In this document: piece by piece, positions 58,605 through 64,000 of the stretch
Position numbering within the stretch: position 1 is the stretch's first letter
How the letters are laid out: each line of letters begins with the position of its first letter
Assembly (NCBI GenBank): GCA_964648665.1
Contig: CAZYOA010000002.1
Coordinates: forward strand, 75,002 to 139,001
Length of the DNA stretch: 64,000 nt
Direction: 5' to 3'
Source of the DNA: an uncultured Planctomycetales bacterium
GTDB taxonomy: Bacteria; Omnitrophota; Gorgyraeia; Zapsychrales; Aceulaceae
The notes under the pieces: generated by a model
Databases searched by the model: none
Told to the model about the DNA's origin: nothing
What the model saw: the letters and a program-made list of their open reading frames with translations, nothing else
Program-made: the position numbers and the translations under genes

Positions 58605-59975
58605 TTGAATACATCGCTTTTTATTAATTTAAGCTATATTGTTGCGGCCATATTTTTTATTTTTGGCTTAAAGATGCTGAGCTCTCCTGTTACAGCGCGC
58701 AAAGGTAACCTTATATCTGCATTGGGAATGTTCGTTGCCGTTGCAGCAACGCTTTTGGCTAATGGCTTAAGTTTTCAATGGATTATTATAGGTATCGCTA
58801 TCGGATCTGTTGTCGGTATTTTTTCTGCACGCCTTATCGCCATGACAGCTATACCTCAAATGGTTGCTCTTTTAAATGGTTTTGGTGGCATTGCTAGCCT
58901 TTTAGTAGGCTGGGCTGTTTTTCACTATAGCCAAAACTTTCAAATGCTCACAACCATCACAATCGTTCTTTCTGTTTTAATTGGAGGAGTTACTTTTACG
59001 GGAAGTATCGTTGCCTGGGGAAAATTAAGCGGAATTCTCCCGTCAAAGCCAGTTCTTTTTGATGGCCAAAGAATTTTAAATCTAGGAATATTAATTTTTC
59101 TTTTAATAGCAGGATTAATTTTAACTATTAATCCCAGCGGATCTTATTTAGTATTTCTTGTTATCGTTATCCTTTCTTTTATTCTTGGAATTTCTTCTGT
59201 TATCTCGATTGGTGGCGCAGATATGCCAGTTGTCATCTCTCTTTTAAATAGCTATTCTGGTCTTGCAGCTTGTGCTGCAGGATTTGTTATTCAAAATAAT
59301 ATTTTGATTGTAGCTGGCGCTCTAGTAGGTGCCAGCGGCATAATTCTAACGCGCATTATGTGCAAGGCGATGAATCGCTCTTTAACCAATGTTCTTTTTA
59401 GTGGCTTTGGCTCTAAAGTTAAAAAGCAATCTTCTGAGGAGCAAGGTGAAATTAATCCTATCAGTATTGAAGATGCTTATCTTATTCTTGAGGCTGCCAG
59501 TTCAGTCGTTATAACGCCAGGATATGGCCTTGCTGTCGCACAAGCACAACACGTTGTGCGAGAACTAGGAGAATTACTAGAAGAAAATGGTGCTGATGTA
59601 AAATATGCAATTCATCCCGTGGCTGGACGCATGCCAGGACACATGAACGTGCTGCTTGCTGAAGCTAATGTCTCTTATGATCAACTTTATGAAATGGATA
59701 ACATTAATCCAATTATGGATAGTGTTGATGTTTGCATCGTGATTGGTGCAAACGATGTTGTAAATCCTGCTGCAGAAAACGATGAATCAAGCCCAATCTA
59801 CGGCATGCCAATCATTCAAGCCTATAAAGCAAAAACCGTTTTTGTTTTAAAACGGTCAATGGCTACAGGTTTTGCAGGAATCTCTAACAAGCTTTTCTTT
59901 AACGAAAATACCCGCATGTTGTTTGGAGATGCAAAATCCTCTATCTCCAGTCTCGTCGCAGAATTCAAAGAATAA
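58605..59975 (+). CDS. pntB: NAD(P) transhydrogenase subunit beta
   Basis: YIVAAIFFIFGLKMLSSPVTARKGN start. The C-terminal NADP(H) domain has PGYGLAVAQAQ and GANDVVNPAA. TTG start with GGAGGA 6 nt upstream. Confidence 0.9.
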   Translation: MNTSLFINLSYIVAAIFFIFGLKMLSSPVTARKGNLISALGMFVAVAATLLANGLSFQWIIIGIAIGSVVGIFSARLIAMTAIPQMVALLNGFGGIASLLVGWAVFHYSQNFQMLTTITIVLSVLIGGVTFTGSIVAWGKLSGILPSKPVLFDGQRILNLGILIFLLIAGLILTINPSGSYLVFLVIVILSFILGISSVISIGGADMPVVISLLNSYSGLAACAAGFVIQNNILIVAGALVGASGIILTRIMCKAMNRSLTNVLFSGFGSKVKKQSSEEQGEINPISIEDAYLILEAASSVVITPGYGLAVAQAQHVVRELGELLEENGADVKYAIHPVAGRMPGHMNVLLAEANVSYDQLYEMDNINPIMDSVDVCIVIGANDVVNPAAENDESSPIYGMPIIQAYKAKTVFVLKRSMATGFAGISNKLFFNENTRMLFGDAKSSISSLVAEFKE

Positions 59976-60095
59976 TTATTTCCTTTTCTTTCTTATCTTT
60001 TTTGACTAAATATGGTGGGATAATTATAAAAGAAAAAAGCGTGCCGATAATTAAAGTATAATAATTATATCGAGCATGCTTTAAGCTTTCTTACT

Positions 60096-61478
60096 TTAAA
60101 TCATTTTCTGCGGATTGACAATCTTATCAAATTCTTTTTCAGTTAAAAGGCCAAGCGCCATAGCTGCTTTTTTTAATGAAGTATCTTCTGCATATGCCTT
60201 TTGAGCAATTTTAGCAGCTTTATCATAGCCAATAACGGGATTAAGTGCTGTAACAAGCATTAAAGAGTTATCTAAATTTTCTTTAATTCTTTTTAAATTT
60301 GGCTTGATTCCAGAAACACAATTTTTATTAAAATTCTTTAACGCATCAGACAAAATTCTTATAGACTGTAAGACATTAAAAATAATAACTGGCTTAAAAA
60401 CATTAAGCTCAAAATTTCCACTTGCTCCTGCGATTGAAACCGTTGTATCGTTTCCAATAATTTGTGCACAAACCATAGTCATGGCCTCACACTGCGTTGG
60501 ATTAACTTTTCCTGGCATAATTGAGCTTCCGGGTTCATTAGCAGGCAAAATCAGTTCTCCAATGCCAGATCGTGGCCCTGAGGCAAGAAAACGTATATCA
60601 TTGGCTATTTTCATCAATGAAACGGCAACTCCCTTTAAAGCGCTACTCAAGGCAACCAACGCATCGTGCGAAGCAATCGCTTCAAACTTATTTGGTGCTC
60701 CCTTAAAAATAATCCCAGTTAACTTTGAAATATTTTTTATTGCCAATTTTGGAAAATTAGAGTGTGCATTTAAACCTGTGCCAACGGCAGTCGCACCTAA
60801 TGCAAGTTCTTTAACATCTGGAAGAGCGGATTTGATTCGCTTAATTCCATTTGAAAGCTGCTGAGCATAACCAGAAAATTCTTGACCCAAAGTCAAAGGT
60901 GTTGCATCCATTAAATGTGTACGCCCTATCTTGATAATCTTTGAAAATGATTTTGCCTTCTTTGAGAATTCTTTTTCAAGAACGATAAGAGTGGGCAGTA
61001 AATCTTGTGCTGTTGCAATAACAGCGGCAACATGCATGGCAGTTGGAAAAACATCATTTGAAGATTGACATTTATTGACATCGTCATTAGGATGAACCGG
61101 TTTTTTAGAACCAATTTTTCCTTTAGCGAGTTGAATAGCGCGGTTTGCGATAACCTCATTAACATTCATGTTTGTCTGAGTACCGCTTCCTGTCTGCCAA
61201 ACTAAAAGTGGAAACTGATCATCCAGCTTTCCTTGAAGGATTTCATCACAAGCGCGAATGATAAGCCCTGCCTTTTTCGAAGAGAGGATTCCTATCTGTT
61301 TATTTGCTTGAGCTGCAGATTTTTTGACTACAACAATAGATTTAATAAAAGCGACAGAAAAACGCTCACTTGAAATATTAAAATTCTTCAATGAGCGAAC
61401 AGTTTGCGCGCCATATAACGCATCAGCAGGCACTTTAACAAATCCCAAGCTATCTTGTTCTGTTCGAAATTTTGCCAT
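60096..61478 (-). CDS. fumC: Class II fumarate hydratase
   Basis: [16 protein letters not shown] signature. Length 460 aa. Confidence 0.9.
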   Translation of the reverse strand: MAKFRTEQDSLGFVKVPADALYGAQTVRSLKNFNISSERFSVAFIKSIVVVKKSAAQANKQIGILSSKKAGLIIRACDEILQGKLDDQFPLLVWQTGSGTQTNMNVNEVIANRAIQLAKGKIGSKKPVHPNDDVNKCQSSNDVFPTAMHVAAVIATAQDLLPTLIVLEKEFSKKAKSFSKIIKIGRTHLMDATPLTLGQEFSGYAQQLSNGIKRIKSALPDVKELALGATAVGTGLNAHSNFPKLAIKNISKLTGIIFKGAPNKFEAIASHDALVALSSALKGVAVSLMKIANDIRFLASGPRSGIGELILPANEPGSSIMPGKVNPTQCEAMTMVCAQIIGNDTTVSIAGASGNFELNVFKPVIIFNVLQSIRILSDALKNFNKNCVSGIKPNLKRIKENLDNSLMLVTALNPVIGYDKAAKIAQKAYAEDTSLKKAAMALGLLTEKEFDKIVNPQKMI

Positions 61479-61483
61479 AACAA

Positions 61484-62239
61484 TTACTCTTTTTTATCTA
61501 AACCCTTTTTAAATGTTTCAAAAATATCAATTGGAATTGGAAATATTGTTGTTGTATTATTTGTATTTCCTATCTCTACCAATGTTTGTAAATAGCGCAA
61601 TTGAAGAGCGATTGGATGATCCTTCATTCGATCGGCAGCCAGACAGATCTTTTCAGCAGCTTGAAACTCACCATCCGAAGCAATAATTTTTGCTCTTTTT
61701 TCTCGCTCTGCTTCTGCTTGACGTGCCATGATACGCTTTAAGTCTTCAGAAATATCAACATCTTTCACTTCCACATTTGCAACTTTTATTCCCCAAGGAT
61801 CAGTTTGCTTATCTAAAATTGTTTGAAGCTTCTCATTAATTTTTTCTCGCTGAGAAAGAAGATCATCCAGCTCCATTTCACCAATAACACTCCGAAGTGT
61901 TGTTTGCGCCATTTGCGATGTGGCATATTGAAAATTCTGAACTTCAATAATAGACTTAATAGCATCCATAACTTTGAAATAAACAACAGCATTAACCTTA
62001 ACAGAAACATTATCTTTTGTAATAATATCCTGAGATGGAACATCCAAAGCAACAAGACGCAAACTTATGATGCGCGCTTGATCAAAAGGCCAAAAAACAA
62101 TAACAAGACCTGGCCCCTTTGTTTTCTTTAAAACGCGACCTAGACGAAAAATAACTGCACGTTCATATTCATTAACAATTTTAATCCAATTAAAAAAAAT
62201 AAATAATACTCCAACTCCTGCGATAAGCCATAAATTCAT
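61484..62239 (-). CDS. SPFH/band-7 (stomatin-like) membrane protein
   Basis: N-terminal TM helix, then [14 protein letters not shown] and a [13 protein letters not shown] coiled region. Confidence 0.8.
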   Translation of the reverse strand: MNLWLIAGVGVLFIFFNWIKIVNEYERAVIFRLGRVLKKTKGPGLVIVFWPFDQARIISLRLVALDVPSQDIITKDNVSVKVNAVVYFKVMDAIKSIIEVQNFQYATSQMAQTTLRSVIGEMELDDLLSQREKINEKLQTILDKQTDPWGIKVANVEVKDVDISEDLKRIMARQAEAEREKRAKIIASDGEFQAAEKICLAADRMKDHPIALQLRYLQTLVEIGNTNNTTTIFPIPIDIFETFKKGLDKKE

Positions 62240-62257
62240 AACGCACTCCCTTGTTAT

Positions 62258-63691
62258 TTAGTTTTTCAAAAAATCTGTTACCAATCGAACACCAGCCCCT
62301 GTTGCACCAAATCCAAAATATCCTCGAGATGCTCCTTCAACAAAAGATGTCCCTGCAATGTCTAGATGTGCCCATTTTTCATCATTTATAAATTGGCGCA
62401 AAAATTCTGCTGCAGAAGAAGTTCCAGCAGCCCCTTTTGGAAGGCCAGTACTTTTAAGATCTGCATACTGAGATTTCAGATGATCTTTAAGCTCTGGATA
62501 ATTTGGTAAACGCCAAGCAAGATCATCAGTCTTTTCTGATGACTGTAAAATTTTTAACGCAAACTTGTCATCATTAGAAATAAGCCCAGTATAATCGTAT
62601 CCTAACGCCACAACACAAGCTCCTGTCAAAGTCGCAAGATCAATAATATATTTTGGTTTATAATTTTTTGAAATATATCCTAACGCATCAGCTAAAACTA
62701 ATCTTCCTTCAGCGTCAGTGTTACCGATTTCAACAGTCTTTCCTGTGTAGCTTTTAAATACATCTCCTGGCTTATATGCTCCAGATCCAACAGCATTCTC
62801 AGCCATGCTACAAACAAAAATAAGATTCTTTTTTATACCTAAAGATATTGTATTTTTAAGGGCTCCAACAACAGCAGCAGCACCGCCCATATCTGTACGC
62901 ATAGTTTCCATATATCCACTTGGCTTTAAATTAAGTCCACCTGTGTCAAACGTAATACCTTTTCCGATGATAGCTGTAGAATCTTTTGATTTTGGATCAC
63001 CTTCATAGCGAACGATTATCAGCTTTGGCGGATATTTACTACCCCGATTAACAGCAAGATGCAGATTGAGCCCTTTTTTCTTTAAATCTTTTTCATTTAA
63101 AACTTCAAGAGAAACATTCTTTTTTCCCTGAATAAGTGACTTAATTATTTTTTCAAAATAAACAGAAGTAACCGTATCGGCATTATCATTAACCAAATCT
63201 CTTGCTAAATTTACGCCTTCACAAACTTTTACAAAATCTTGAAATGTTTTCTTAGGTGCAACTAAAAGGTTTATCTTCCTCTTGAGTAATTCTGTAGACT
63301 TGGAAATATATTTTTTCCATTGATAACAACCTAATAAAATACCATCAACATACCCTTGAATGTTTTCCTCGCTATCATCATGAAGAATCAAATCTATTTT
63401 ATTAGATTTCTTAAGATAGCTTGATAATAACGCTTGTCTTACAGAAATTCTTAATGAAGATGGCGTCATTTCCTTTTTCTTACCCAAACCAACAAGCAAG
63501 CAAACTTTTTTAGATAAAACCAAAGGAAACACTTCGCCTGAGCAAGCAGAAAACTGTTTAGACTCAGAAAGAGCTTTAATTGATTTCTTAATTTCAGAAG
63601 AAATTCTAATCTCAGAAACTTTTTTAATCTGCTCTTCTGTTAAAAAGAGCACTAAATCACCAGATATTAATGTTTTTGAAAATGTAATCAC
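62258..63691 (-). CDS. pepA: Leucyl aminopeptidase (M17)
   Basis: NTDAEGRLVLADAL signature and GKGITFDTGG block. Confidence 0.85.
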   Translation of the reverse strand: MITFSKTLISGDLVLFLTEEQIKKVSEIRISSEIKKSIKALSESKQFSACSGEVFPLVLSKKVCLLVGLGKKKEMTPSSLRISVRQALLSSYLKKSNKIDLILHDDSEENIQGYVDGILLGCYQWKKYISKSTELLKRKINLLVAPKKTFQDFVKVCEGVNLARDLVNDNADTVTSVYFEKIIKSLIQGKKNVSLEVLNEKDLKKKGLNLHLAVNRGSKYPPKLIIVRYEGDPKSKDSTAIIGKGITFDTGGLNLKPSGYMETMRTDMGGAAAVVGALKNTISLGIKKNLIFVCSMAENAVGSGAYKPGDVFKSYTGKTVEIGNTDAEGRLVLADALGYISKNYKPKYIIDLATLTGACVVALGYDYTGLISNDDKFALKILQSSEKTDDLAWRLPNYPELKDHLKSQYADLKSTGLPKGAAGTSSAAEFLRQFINDEKWAHLDIAGTSFVEGASRGYFGFGATGAGVRLVTDFLKN

Positions 63692-63706
63692 AGCAATAAA
63701 CCTTTC

Positions 63707-64000
63707 TTATCTTCTCTTATCAATAGGAACATAATCCCTTTTTGTTTCCCCTGTATAAATCTGTCTCGGTCTGCTAATTCTTAAACCTTCAGAATTACGC
63801 ATTTCCATCCACTGAGCAATCCACCCAGGCATGCGAGCCATAGCAAACATAACAGGAGCCATATCAACAGGAATTCCAATAGCATTATAAATAATGCCAC
63901 TATAAAAATCAACATTTGGATACAACTTTCGATCAACGAAGAAGCTATCTTTAAGTGCCGCCTCTTCAAGTTTCATAGCAATTTCTAACAATGGATCGTT
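63707..64000 (-). CDS. gltA: Citrate synthase, C-terminal part; the gene continues beyond the window end
   Basis: [14 protein letters not shown]...[12 protein letters not shown]...[10 protein letters not shown] matches the citrate synthase C-terminus. The frame is open to position 64000. Confidence 0.85.
   Translation of the reverse strand, partial: NDPLLEIAMKLEEAALKDSFFVDRKLYPNVDFYSGIIYNAIGIPVDMAPVMFAMARMPGWIAQWMEMRNSEGLRISRPRQIYTGETKRDYVPIDKRR

Overview
This is an AT-rich, very gene-dense bacterial chromosomal segment with about 55 protein genes, mostly on the minus strand. I saw no rRNA, tRNA, CRISPR array, transposase or integrase. Most of it is core metabolism and redox or energy housekeeping: an ABC-2 transporter followed by gshA-gshB-grx, ilvBN, bioB-trxB-menA, thiC, Rrf2-metY-cysK, aroC, leuCD, acnA, fumC, pepA, partial gltA, RseC-rnfBCDGEA divergent from pntAA-AB-B, msrAB, cspA and xth. 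Three parts look unusual. (1) Positions 1-10.3 kb form an island of three very large exported proteins: a beta-helix protein, a 1285-aa C25/gingipain-like peptidase, and a 1476-aa S8 subtilase with a 7-bladed FG-GAP-like propeller. The two complete proteins (the peptidase and the subtilase) share C-terminal GWN-type repeats of about 75 aa; the beta-helix gene runs off the window, so its C-terminus is not visible. The beta-helix and peptidase genes are preceded by near-duplicate leaders that I read as c-di-GMP-I (GEMM-I) riboswitches with terminator and antiterminator platforms. The whole module (gene 3' end, terminator, leader) has been duplicated, leaving a 60-codon gene relic. (2) Positions 38930-45679 encode a 2249-aa orphan giant protein with a signal peptide, one candidate TM helix, long helical repeats including an internal duplication, and a Pol-beta / class-I-CCA-like nucleotidyltransferase core. 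(3) A stand-alone 75-aa triple-NUMOD3 basic protein has a strong SD and a translationally coupled mini-ORF. Several near-consensus sigma70-type promoters are visible, and one is positioned for a leaderless mRNA. Taxonomy cannot be assigned from this window. The gene content (Rnf, ferredoxins, radical-SAM enzymes) suggests an anaerobe. All calls rest on motif reading by eye; no searches were run.
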